64,000 nucleotides of DNA, from contig BDGG01000012.1 in assembly GCA_001949185.1 (NCBI GenBank), positions 1,480,973 to 1,544,972 of the forward strand. The letters run 5' to 3'. Below, piece after piece: positions 51,156 through 62,825 of the stretch. This DNA is from Ramazzottius varieornatus (lineage: Eukaryota > Animalia > Tardigrada). The notes under the pieces are model-generated. The model ran no database searches and had not been told where the DNA came from. It saw only the letters and a program-made list of their open reading frames with translations. The position numbers were made by a program, and so were the translations under genes. Each line of letters opens with the position of its first letter. Position 1 is the stretch's first letter.

Positions 51156-51603
51156 TAAGGTTGTAAATTCCAGGCCGAATACCCTTGGAATGGAAAACAG
51201 GATTCCTAATTTCCTAATATCCCTATATTCCTATTTCCTATTTCCTTCTCCAGAAGATCCTCGCAAAAATCTGGAATTCCAAAGTCCCATTTTCTAGTTT
51301 AGTTCTCTTTACATACTGTAAATATTCGCTGCGTCCGCGCAGTACGCACACGTACGTGACGATGCTTCCCCGTAGGGGGTTGCGCAATCCATGAAACAGG
51401 ACCGGGGCTGTACTTCAGTTGTACGATGACGTACTCCGCGGACGCAGCGAATATTTACAATACCCATCTAAAACAATGAACATCATCTGAAGTCATCAAA
51501 AAATATTGGTTTTGAGACTGAAAGCCAGCTGGAGATTGGCCGATCCGAACTTTCGGTCTTCTCGGACCTGAAAGTCCACGGGATAATCAAAGACTTACGC
51601 ACA
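51156..51603. mobile_element. Second, truncated, inverted copy of the same hAT-type element
   Basis: Begins with TAAGGTTGTAAATTCC and is the diverged reverse complement of ~50753-51025. Confidence 0.85.
51316..51460. mobile_element. 145-bp TA-target MITE nested in the second hAT copy
   Basis: TA|CTGTAAATATTCGCTGCGTCCGCG...CGCGGACGCAGCGAATATTTACAA|TA; the empty site TTACATACCCATCT is visible in copy 1. Confidence 0.9.
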
Positions 51604-52765
51604 TGGGGCCACCCTCCTATGCAGTTCCGGGGGCAGTTTCACCGTTGTCTGTCACTATCACGTCCGCTTCCCTCGTTGCCGCCACGTCCACTGCCGCGTC
51701 CACCGCCCCGTCCAGCGCCATGGCCGCCCCCATGACCACTGCTGCGTCCGTCAGAGTGGCCGTAAGCACCGCTACGCCCACCGTAGCCCCGACCTTTGAG
51801 TTACAGTGGTGAGGCGGTTGATTGCCGAGACGACGGTGATCGAAGGCTTTGTGCGGTGGGCCGATCGACCCCAGGCTGATCTTCACATCCGGTCGACCCG
51901 TACCGACGAGGCTGTTGGTAACCGCTGATGCAGGGTAGGAGCTGGCTTGAGAGATGCGAAGGCTGGACGGCTGGATGGCCGGAGCGCCGGGGCTGACGGA
52001 TGGAACAGCTGGTTGGGTCGCTGCAGTGGCTAGTTAGTTCGCTGTCATCCCCTGTAAAATCAGCCACTCATCGGCTATGAACTTCTGTTGAGCGAGAGTT
52101 CCCAGCAGCGGCATACCCGCTGAAGGACCGAGGGAAAAGCCAAACGGGGGTCCTAGCGGGAAACCCATAGGAAATCCCGTGGTCAGTACTGACATTTGGT
52201 AAGAAGCAGAGGCTCCAATCATTCCTCCAAACATGCTGAAGGGGAAATTTCATAATCTGAAAATAGCATTTGGTTACTTCTTATGTCCGGTCATCTGTCC
52301 ATTTGTTACGAAGCCGTGAGTGCAAAGAGCGCGGAAGCGCTTTCAGAGGTATGCTGGCGTGTCATGCGCTACTGATCGCCAGTGAAGGAGTGATGGACAG
52401 TTTTTAGGCATGTTAGGCGAGAACAGGATGACCCTAAGTCTTTATGGAAGAACTTTGCGAATAGCAGACAAATAGGCAAGTGTGCAGCGGTTAGACAGCG
52501 CACTAGACAGGGGACTAGATCGATACAGCTCGAGACCCCGAGTTCGCAGAGGTCGCCTGTAAGGTCTCGACGAGGACCGTCAGACAGAGGACATCTAGTT
52601 ATGAAATGCGGTATCTTCTCGATTTCGACTAAGCACAGATGGTACTTCCGGTCTTCCCGGAGAACACGAGTGGTGGATGATCCTCATCGGCTTGTTTCAA
52701 CTGACAGATCGATCGATTATAAAAGAACGCGGCACAATGTGTGCGCCAGTCCAACAGGGAACCCA

Positions 52766-54241
52766 CGAGGGGATTATGCTTGTCTTCCGCCTTTCTGAAA
52801 TATTCTGCCATGATAGAATGATGGAGAAGAGTCTGCTCTGTCGTCCGAAACAGGCGTAGCTTGCGCGATGAAATCCTGAAAGACACTACAGGAACCGCAA
52901 GTGACGTCGAAATCTGAGCGGTACACACCTTTTGATTTTATCGACCTCACGTATTATGCGAAACTCAACTTCAGATATTCTTCGTAAAAGTGGTGGAAGC
53001 ATAGAGGAGCTTTACACCATCCACATTTCAGAAGCAAGGAACGCTCACATTTATCATGGTCACAACGACTAGTCAGTCCTTGGAAATAGAATTCTGTGGG
53101 ATTAACATATTCTACAGATTTGTCGACATAACCTGACAAATGCCAAGCTTGAAGAATGAGGTTAGAAAATCTAGGAGAAGTAAACTGCTGGTAAATCAGG
53201 GAATGCATTTTCGATATGACGTCCCGATGGTGGACTTGAACCGGCTGATTGTTCAAGAATATCCAGTTCGAAACCTTCTTGAAATACCCCTTGTACATGA
53301 AGCAAAGAACGTCCAGTGGTTGAAACGGACCGGCGACTTAAGTGGTATAGTGATCATTCATATTCCAATTCTTCCGGTTTGACTTCATCTAGGGCTGCTT
53401 GGTCAGAAAACGTCGACCAAGAATCGGCAAGGAATAAACAGTGCTGATTCATGTGCGCAAAGAAAATCTTTTCGCACCCTTCGATGTAGAGCTCCTTAAT
53501 CATCTTGCCAGACGTGGAAGCGGTGACACACAGGTTACTAGCTTTAAACATGGACTTTTTCACAAGTGATACGAAGATTCTTTTGGGTTCTTGCAGCGCG
53601 GTGAAGAGAACGGGCAAAAACTTGCGGACAACTGGTCAAAAGCACATCGCAACCGTGTAGCTGTGAGTCGTCGAGTTCTGAGAAAGTGCTGAAACGTGCT
53701 TTGAACCAGCGAAATCCAGAGTTCGACCTGGTCTCGTCTCCTACTCGAATTCACTTTGATCAGCATTCCACAGACAGTCTTCCCCGGACGCCTGGATTCT
53801 TTTTCTGACCACAGCAACGCACTCTTCGGCACTCTTCTTCCTGTCTTGTCAGATTCGCTCGGAGAGTCGCTCAGTTGGAAATGTTGCTCGTAGTCCGGCA
53901 GCAGTAGGTTTAAGATGTTGAGGGGATTAACGGATTCCATGGCGCTATCGGGAGGAGCAGAAGAGAGGAAAGAAAAATTCTCAGCACAAGTGATTAGCTT
54001 GAATTTTGAAGCATAGCGCAACTTTGTCAGTCAATAACGAATCAACAACACCGAAATCAAACCGCATGATTGAATAAACCATGTACGGCCCAGATTTTGG
54101 CGTCAGTTCCGGTTTCTGTAATGTCTTCCAAGATTTCATTGCGCAATCTACGCTTGTTTCAGACGATAGAACAGACTCTTCTCCATCATTCTATCATGTC
54201 AGAATATTTCAGAAAGGCGGAGGACAAGCATAATCCCCTCG
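52766..54241 (-). mobile_element. Degenerate Tc4/Tc5-like (pogo-related DDE) DNA transposon with ~160-bp TIRs
   Basis: Long inverted arms CGAGGGGATTATGCTTGTC... (52766-~52925) and ...GACAAGCATAATCCCCTCG (~54083-54241); flanks CCA/TCA (TNA-like); frameshifted transposase remnants SGKM...LFLADSW, QPLDV, HSLIYQQFTSPRF, CGWC...LCFHHF. Confidence 0.8.
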
Positions 54242-54381
54242 TCAGTAAAAACAAATGTGCTAAATGAAACTATCAGCTGACGTGCTTAGTTTGACCGTTC
54301 GAAATTTTCGCGCTCGATGCCGGCGTCACTGAGGCGATTAACAGGCTCCGTTTAGCTAAATGGACGATTTCAATCCGTTTA

Positions 54382-55666
54382 TCAGGTGATAAGGTATGAC
54401 TTGTCGGCCACCAACATAAAATTTTATTACAACTTTCCCCAGTTTGAATCTAATCCTTTTCAATCGAAGTATTCACCATTACTATCGACACACTTTTGCC
54501 GTTTTTCCGGTAGACAAGATAGGCCTTTACGGAAGAACTCGAGAGAAAGAGAACCGGCGAAGTTCTCGATGGCACTTTTCACAGCTTCTTCGGAATTAAA
54601 TTTTCTTCCTCTCAAAAAGTTATCAAAATTCAAAAAGAAGTGATAATCTGTTGGAGCTAAGTCAGGACTGTATGGTGGATGAGGAAGAGTTTCCAGACCG
54701 AGCTCGCGTAATTTGGCAGAAGTCTTTTTCGCGGAGTGAGCTTTTGCGTTGTCGTGTAGCAGCAGAGGCTTGTCACGATTGACCAACTTTGGTTGCTTGA
54801 CGGTCAGCTTCTTCATCATTTCCTCCAGTTCCAGAGAGTAGTAGTCTGCTACTATTGTTTTGCCAGGAGGAAGAAAGTCATAGTGCACTATCCCTTCCAT
54901 TGTCCACCAAACAGTAACCATGATCTTGCGTTAGTGAAGCTCAGGCTTTGGAATAGTTTTCGGGACTTCACCTGGACTCAAAATTACCTTCTTCCGCTTC
55001 CGGTTGTTGTAAAGAATCCACTTCTCATCACACGTAACAATTCGATGCAGGAAAGGTTCGTTTCTGGAACGGTTGAGGAGAGAAAGACACACGTCCACAC
55101 GATGCCTTTTCTGGAGTGCGCTAAGTTCATGAGGTACCCACTTTTCCAACTTTTTCACCTTACCGATCTGACGAAGGTGCAAATCGATAGTCACGGGTGA
55201 TACGTTGAAGTGTTGAGACAATACGGCAGACGTTTGGGAAGGATCGGACTCCACCAGCTTTCTCAGCTCGTCGTTGTTCACTTTCAGTTTTGGCCTTCCG
55301 TGAGGGTGATCTTCGAGACTGAAATCTCCCGAACCGAAACGAGCATACCATCGTTCCACCGTACGTTCGTTAGTGGCGTCTTCACCAAACACATTGTTGA
55401 TATTCCGGGCTGTCTGTGCTGCGTTGGTGCCGCGACGAAATTCATACTCGAAAATAGTCCGTAACTTGCTCTTGTCCATGGGCACGCCAATAACTCCACA
55501 GAGAGGGCAAAAGCAACAAACTAACATAAACGAAGCAGCGAAAGATAGTAGACGAACACTAGCATCGACACAAAAAAAACGAGGCGAAACGATCGCGCGA
55601 AAAGAGAGATATGGATTTTTCAATGTGAGACTGGTGTGAGCCGACAAGTCATACCTGATCACCTGA
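54382..55666 (-). mobile_element. Full-length mariner element (1285 bp, DD34D, Hsmar1/cecropia-like); transposase 55479-54460 with one premature stop
   Basis: TA TSDs; ~27-bp TIR TCAGGTGAT(A/C)AGGTATGACTTGTCGGC; WVPHEL, TCDEKW, LHDNA, YSPDLAPTDY; 34 residues between D2 and D3; in-frame TAA 54933-54931. Confidence 0.96.
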
Positions 55667-55813
55667 TAGCTGAACTGAGTAGGCGGGGTCTGTTTGGCAA
55701 GCTCGATCAATCACAATGTCCGTTTAGCTAAACAAACGGCCCAAATATAGGTGAAAGCCAGCTTTGAGTCTAGCTATTGGTGCGTTTATTTTTACAAACG
55801 GAGTCTCCGTTAA

Positions 55814-56340
55814 CACTTAAAAGACAACGCAATTGAGAGCTCTGGGAGTACATCAGTACAAGGGGGGTAGATCACCTTCCCCAAATTTTAAATGGCTGAA
55901 ATGGTGGGGTGGGGTCAGATCAGGCCAATCACCGCATGTACGCTTCGTATTTTTCGAGTAAAATGCGCCACTAAGTGAACCAAAGTGCCAGACCTTTTCA
56001 TTCTTGCTGTGACCACTGGCCACGCAGCATAGAGCATACTGAAGCTTCTAAGACGGTACCAACGTACTAGCTCTCTGTCCAATTTTTAAGGAGGCTTTTC
56101 GTCAGGCTTTACGTAAGTAAAAAATCGGTCTGTCAACTCAAGACAAAAGCTGGTCAAAAACGAACTATTCTCTCGAAATTTTGAGGAAGCTGCTAGCCAG
56201 TTCGTGTCATTTTTAACTGGAAGCGAGAAAGTTCCTGAAAGCAAACGCGAAAGTCGAGACGAAAAGATTTAACAGAAGCCATTCCGCAAGGCTTTTGGGG
56301 TGCGCCAAGCAACCGGGGTACCCCCTTGGTCTTTTAAGTG
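55814..56340. mobile_element. Non-autonomous piggyBac-like element (527 bp)
   Basis: TTAA|CACTTAAAAGAC ... GTCTTTTAAGTG|TTAA: TTAA TSD and 12-bp perfect TIR. Confidence 0.8.
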
Positions 56341-56597
56341 TTAAGTTAAACGCCAGCTCTGAGTTGTGCTATTACGCTTCGAGTGTTGTCAACTTGTCAT
56401 CTCCTTTAACACCGCATGTCGCGGTTGATTAATTTTGAAGTTTCGAGAATTGTCACAGTAACTGGCATCCTGGACCGGGACTTTTATGCTTCCTCTCGAC
56501 CGCTCACCCAAATCGAGCTGCGGGACAGCCCAAACAATTCACCTGGTGGAAGACCCGACCGAGCTTGGAGGTCGTGTCGTAAACACGGAGAGCGGAA

Positions 56598-58181
56598 ATG
56601 GAGAATGCTGGGATTCCGTCGAATTCTCCAGTAACGGTAAGTTGGAAATCGTGATCTTTTAGCTGAAATTCAGTGCTGAGAATGACGGGAAACCTTTAGA
56701 TTGCTCGTACTTCAGATTGAATATACAGTGAAGATGGCATGTGGGAAGTGCGAGAATGCTGTTAAAGAGGCCCTGGAGAACAAGCAAGGTACACGTACCT
56801 GTACCGATTTCGGACGAGGCAGAGATAAGCCGCCCATTATATACTTGTGGCCCCTTGGCACATGCAGTCACTCAGTCGTACAATATGCATCGTTCCAGAG
56901 TTTCACTTGCACTTATGGGGATATCAAAGCTATGCCAGCTTTCAGACTGAACGGGTGGGCAAGCTTGATCAACTTTGGTTCTTTTGCAGGCATCGAGTCC
57001 ATCACTTTCGACCTACCGAATGGAAGGGTCCTCGTCAAGACAAGTTTGCCGTCCGATGTTGTTCAGAAGCTCATTGAACAGACTGGACGCAAAGCGGTTC
57101 TCAAAGGCATTGGAGCACCAGGTAAACTGAAGTTTGGTTGTGGGACTTGCTCTTCAAGGGGAAGCCTCGTTTGACTTGGGAACAAATAGACTATTCGTGG
57201 TGATTGTGGTTCTCAGTCAAAGTTACATGACAGGATTTCAGCTGGGAGCTGCGGTCGCCGAGTTCTACCACCCGAATGGAGTCAAGGGAGTGGCACGCTT
57301 TGTCCAACTAGCCGAAGATCGTTGCCTTATCGATGGGACGGTGGACGGCCTTTCACCCGGAAACCACGGTGTAGCGGTTTGTGAGAGTGGCGACCTCAGC
57401 AATGGATGTGAAAGGTTAATTTATGTAGTACATCCGTACCGGTGTTTACATCTGGTGCGCTATGTTTCTGATACTTTTCTCGTGATGTCTAGCATCGGAG
57501 ACCACTATAATCCGACAAGAAGCGAACATGGCACTCTGGAGAACGGGGTAAGTTTTTTTGAGAAACTTCTTTTCACTTATGTAAGTCTTCGTGTCGGTGT
57601 GAGACCAGATTTAAATGCTCAAGTGGTTGCTCGTTTATAGCACGTTGGGGATTTGGGGAATGTCTGTGCAGACGACACTGGCAGAGCCTCTTTTCGCATT
57701 GAAAGCAGACGTCTAAGGCTCCCTGATATCATTGGAAGAGCCCTAGCCTTGCATGACAGAAATGATGATTACGGGCGGGGACCTGCCAACAGCTCTACGA
57801 AGTCCGACGGAAACGCGGGACCAAAGTACTGTAATGCTTCATGAACTTCGCGAAGTACGTGATCATACGCGCGAAAACACCCCTTAGGGGGTGGGTAGGG
57901 CAAAATTTTCGGACCGGGGTTCAACTGTACGTGTCTGATGACGTGCTTCGCGAAGTTTATGATGCATTACAGTATGATACGGTACAGGTACTACAGGAAG
58001 TGTTCGCATATTGCTGCACCTTTTCTTTTTGTTTCTCGTTTGCAGAATTGCTTGTGGAATAATTGCCAGATCTGCCGGTATCATGCAAAACGAGAAGAGG
58101 ATCTGTACATGTAGCGGAGAAACCCTGTGGGAGGAACGTGATGCTGCCAAAGCGAAGATGTCAGCGACCGGGAAGTCTTGA
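56598..58181 (+). CDS. CCS: Copper chaperone for superoxide dismutase
   Basis: HMA domain MACGKC; SOD-like domain (LIDGTVDGLSPGNHG, GDHYNP, HVGDLGN, IIGRAL); C-terminal IACGIIARSAG...ICTCSGETLWEE (CxC). Confidence 0.96.
57829..57972. mobile_element. 144-bp TA-target MITE at the 5' splice site of the last CCS intron
   Basis: TA|CTGTAATGCTTCATGAACTTCGCGAAG...CTTCGCGAAGTTTATGATGCATTACAG|TA. Confidence 0.88.
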
Positions 58182-59336
58182 AAGAGCACAGGCAGTGGTA
58201 ACGAAATTTTTTTGAACGTTTATTGGTTCATCCGTCCCTCCTCAGATTTAGGAATGTGATTCTAAAGAGAAAGTAAAGTTTGGTACGCAGAGTTCATTTA
58301 CGTTATCTAGGTCCATGCACAAAGAGTCTCACCTTGGCAAAGTCGTTAGATCGAGGATGACTGCTCGTGGGCAGCATGGCTTTTGTTGGGGGATATTTGC
58401 CGTAGTCGTTCGAAGTGGTGCGGTAACTAAGTTTGTTAACCTTCGTTCTGCTGATTCCATAGGTCGATATGTCTGTAAAGATATAAAGCCTTAATGCTCG
58501 TCAGCTTTATCCAAATCTTCTTAACGACTGCAGTTTACCGTGGATTGGGTGAAGGCCAGAATATACAGGTTGAAACTGCGACTGATAACCCGGAAGTGGT
58601 AAATCCGTGTGGACACCGCGGTCCATTTCGTACTTCCGGTGGTTTCTTCGTGTATGGACTACAGACAACAACCAAAGAGAAGTCTGGTTAGTCGTAGGCA
58701 AACGTTTCTATGCCTACGATGTTCGTCAATCGTTTCAGCCGTGCGAAAGCTTGATGCTCCTGAATAGAAAGAAGAAACGGCCTGTCTGATGAAAGCCGTG
58801 CCTACCTTCACAATTAAGCAATTCTGGTGACCGGTGAACAGCCAAATTTGGAATTTTGGATCAGGAGACCAATCAGTTTATAGAACTCCCGAATTTGGCT
58901 TTTTCGTGGAAAGATCCTATAGACATTGCAGACGGTTGAGCATGCAGGCAACCCGTCAAGTTTAGCTTACGCTGTGGTAGGAAAGTACTCGTACGTCACC
59001 ACCCGTCTGGCGAAGTAAGCTCTGCGCCTGTCGGTCCTTTCTGTTTGTCTTGAAGGTGCGAATTCTGGCTTGTTAATTATGTCGATAGGAATATACTAGG
59101 CATACACCAGGCTTGAGCTAAGCTTACACTATCATGCATTGATATCTGTGACAGCGACTTTTGGTCTGGAAAAGTTCGCAATGCTGATGTCTCGCGGGCT
59201 GAATTCACGCGTGCAACTACTTCCCATCCTGCAGTATCATCAATATAACTCATGCTCTTCCGTCTAGTCCGTAAGACATCATCCGAAAGGGACTTCCGCT
59301 GGTTTCCATTCCAGACGGCAAGCAACTCCATCTAGA

Positions 59337-61324
59337 ATGCCTTTTGACAGGACGCCCATCTTGCACGAATATAACCGCCTGGGAGACTACAATCCGGACC
59401 ACTACAATTTCCACATCGGAGCTCCTCATCCGTCGGAACTCATCCTTTGCAGCAAAATTGTGGAAAAAGCCGTTGCTTCCATTGCAGAGGTATGCAGTTC
59501 ACCTTTTGTTTCATTGAATATCAGCGTCGTTGTATGAAAGCTTGTGTGTCTTTTAGCAACCGGCGTCTTTGCGATCGAGTGCTTTCCAATATGGATACGA
59601 ATTTGGCGCTGATCCCGTATTGGACAGTTTGGCCGGGTTCCTGTCGTCTGAGCTGAATCACGAAATAAAAGCGTACGTTCATTATATCGCTTTTCATACT
59701 TCACGAGGCTTTTTGCATTACTTTCTTTGCAAGTCTGATTTGGGATTGATTGCAGGGAGAATCTTATGATCACGGCTGGCTCATCGTTAGCCTTCAGTAT
59801 GGTGTGTACAAGGATGTTCAGTCACCGTGGGTCAAAACGTCCCATTCTATTTGTGGAACACCCAACGTACTTTCTGATCATCGACAGCGCTCAGCACCAC
59901 GGATTCCAAGTGGAAACAAGTACGTGATAGCCTGGCGAATAAAGTACGAAGGTTTCGCGGTAGACCCGGAAGTAGGGTGAAACCTCCTACAGTAATGATC
60001 GCAGTAAAACCAGGACATCCGTTGCTGGCCTCTTTGCGTGATGCGTGTACGGATCCACTCAAACACTGTGTTTTCAACAGTTCCGACGACGGCCGAAGGA
60101 AAAATAGATTTCAAAAAATGGGAAAAGCTTATATGCGAGCTTGGATTGTTCAATGCCGTCTCCACGGAGGAAGGGACACATAGGGCAATGGTGTACCTCG
60201 TACCGACCTTCAGGAACCCCAACGGAGAATCGCTTGCGAAAGGTGCTATCCACTCTTTTGGGGAACAGACTTTTGGGGATTACGCATAGGACCTGGTTCG
60301 AATGTTGGATTCCTTTGTTCCAGATGACGCCCATGAAGTGCTCAGCCTGATTACGGAGCATAACATGCTGCTCTACTCTGACGATGTATACAGCATCTTA
60401 TACTTTGGAAATGAACCCCCACAGCGTATTTTTCCCGTTGGACAGTCTGACCTCGTGATTTCAGCCGGGACCTTCTCAAAACTGTTGGGACCAGGTCTCC
60501 GAGTAGGCTGGATAGAGTCGACGCCGAAAGTGGTAGAGCGCTTATCAAACACGTAAGTTTCGACAGGGCGTGAAACATTTTCAAATCAAGGCAGACTTCA
60601 CTGTGGAGTATACTCTATCGTAGAGGGTTCGTTGTAAGTGGTGGATGTATGGCTCAGTTTTCGTCTTTCATTATCGAGAGAGCAATCGTCAACGGGAGTC
60701 TATCCTGCCACGTGAAGGACCTTCGGCGGACGTATAAAGTATTGGCTTACTGTGAGACTCCGGGTTGTTCTTATGCTTTAACTGAACGAGTTATTATATC
60801 TGTGCGGCTCATCGATGTTGATAGGCGATACGATTCTGTTTTTGTATCTTAGGAGAAAGCTCATGCCATCAAAGCCGCCTTCGAATCAGGTTTACCGGAA
60901 GGAGTCAAATGGAAGGTTCCCCAGGTAACCATGCCACTCTCTCGAAGTTTGGTTATCTTGAAAGTATTTTAAGCTGGTTTGACTAACTTTAACAGGGTGG
61001 CTATTTTGTGTGGTTGATTTTACCAGCGAACTACTCCCAGACGTATATTACCAACGTTCTGGTCCCCGAAGCCAATAAGCTAAACTTACGATTCGGAATA
61101 GGAGCCAGGTAAGTTACTCGGAAGCGACGGCACCCATGTCAAAATAGGACATTGTGGTACCATCGAAAGCATTTTTATTTCGCTACAGGAGCTGTCCTGC
61201 CCTGAAAGTTGGGGAACCCTGCGAGCTCGGCTGTGGTCGAGCTCTCCGCTTATCTCTGGGACATGTTACGGCGAATCAGATTCCTAAGGGTATCCGCCAG
61301 CTGTGTGAACTGCTGACGTTGTAA
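59337..61324 (+). CDS. PLP-dependent class I/II aminotransferase (AADAT/YER152C-like)
   Basis: FQYG, LMITAG, FVEHPTYF, YLVPTFRNPNG, SDDVY, SAGTFSKLLGPGLRVGW (PLP lysine), PQGGYFVW, LRLS. Confidence 0.9.
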
Positions 61325-62825
61325 TCTGTCTGACATGTGATCGAATGGACACTGGCGATTTGGTGTGGTGGGTTCAGGGAACTACTCGTCTTCCAGTTTC
61401 GTCGGGTTCTGTAATTCCCTGATTGCCACTGGTCTTGGATGTTCTATAACCTGGGTTGAATCGGCGCTCTATTCTTTCCCATGCTTTTTCATATAACAGT
61501 GTTATTATGAATTGTTTTTTCTGGCCCTGTCATGAATAACGAGCGGAATAAAGTGTAGATGATACACGGTGACCTACTTTGGCTGACCGGAAGTCTAGAT
61601 CTGCCACAAATCGACGTCATGAGGTCAGTCGTGAAGTTGTGAACGGAAGGAGCGGGCAAGCCGTTGAAACGCTGCTAGCGACCGCTTAAGCAATCGCAAC
61701 GTGACCGTCCCCTGACGCGGAGCGACACAGCACGGTTGAGAACAACGGCGACGTAGCGCCCACAGTCGGAATTTTTCGTCTTTGATTCTTTTGATCTTCT
61801 GCCTTACAAAAAGTTCAGATCTCCAGAATTCGTTTGGATCCTACATGTATATTAGGGGATTCGGCTTGTGGAGATTCGGAGACCGTGAACGTGTATTATC
61901 TGCTGTGCCCTGGAATTCTATCCGAGGTGGCCGATTCTTATTTACGCGGATAAAGCTCGAATGGAGTCGTTGCATTTCGCTACTGGAAGGAACTGTTTGA
62001 AGCAAATGGACATTTGTAGTGGTCCCTTCGAGAGATGAAGAGGCTGCACTTGGAAGCTTGGCTGTCATATAATCTGGTTGTCCGACTGTCCACGATTTAA
62101 AGCGGAACACTTGGACGGTAACCTAGGTTGATCTCTCGAACCACTGCAGTACTGCTTGCATCTTCTGATTCTTCTCCGTCCTGAAAGCGGATTCAGTCGT
62201 CAACGATGTTCCCAATCGGCCACCGTAAGTACCAACCGTCCGTATTCCGTATCAGCGCTCTAAGGTAAAGACAGAATAACCGTAAGTTTGCAAGTCAGAG
62301 GTTGCTAGAACTGAGTCGCGCAGCGTTAGCGTAGGGTTGACTGTCGACCTGCGCCGCTCAAGCAGGGTCATTCCGTAATGTGGTTTGCGAATTGCGATAG
62401 ATCCCTGATGACTCATATGGGGTGAAAATGAGACGATAGTGCGCGTCGGGAGACTCCGCCTTCCCGAGCGCAAGGAACGCGAGGAATGGAACGTTGGCGC
62501 TCCAATGGTTCTCTCCTCTGTTTCTCCCGTTTCCCTTTGGTGTTCCAAACGTTCACAACCTTTATTGCAAAATTCAAAACTTCCAAATTCTAATCTTTGT
62601 CCAGCAGGATACAGAGCCTCTCATCCTGATTTGATCAGTCAAGTCTCGATCAAAGATTCTGTTCTGCTGATCTTGCCGTCATCCAGGCGTTGGACAACTG
62701 GGATCCGCTCCGTGATACTAAACGTTCGGCTTGGCCGTGGCGTTATCTTGCGTTGTGTTCTGCTCCATGGAAGTTTGAGATCAATATCATTTCGTGCTGA
62801 GTGCTTGATTGATTGATCACCAATA

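Noticed and set aside
54346-55732. TCCGTTTAGCTAAA on both sides of the mariner, suggesting an older host element
   Set aside because: No termini or TSD could be defined
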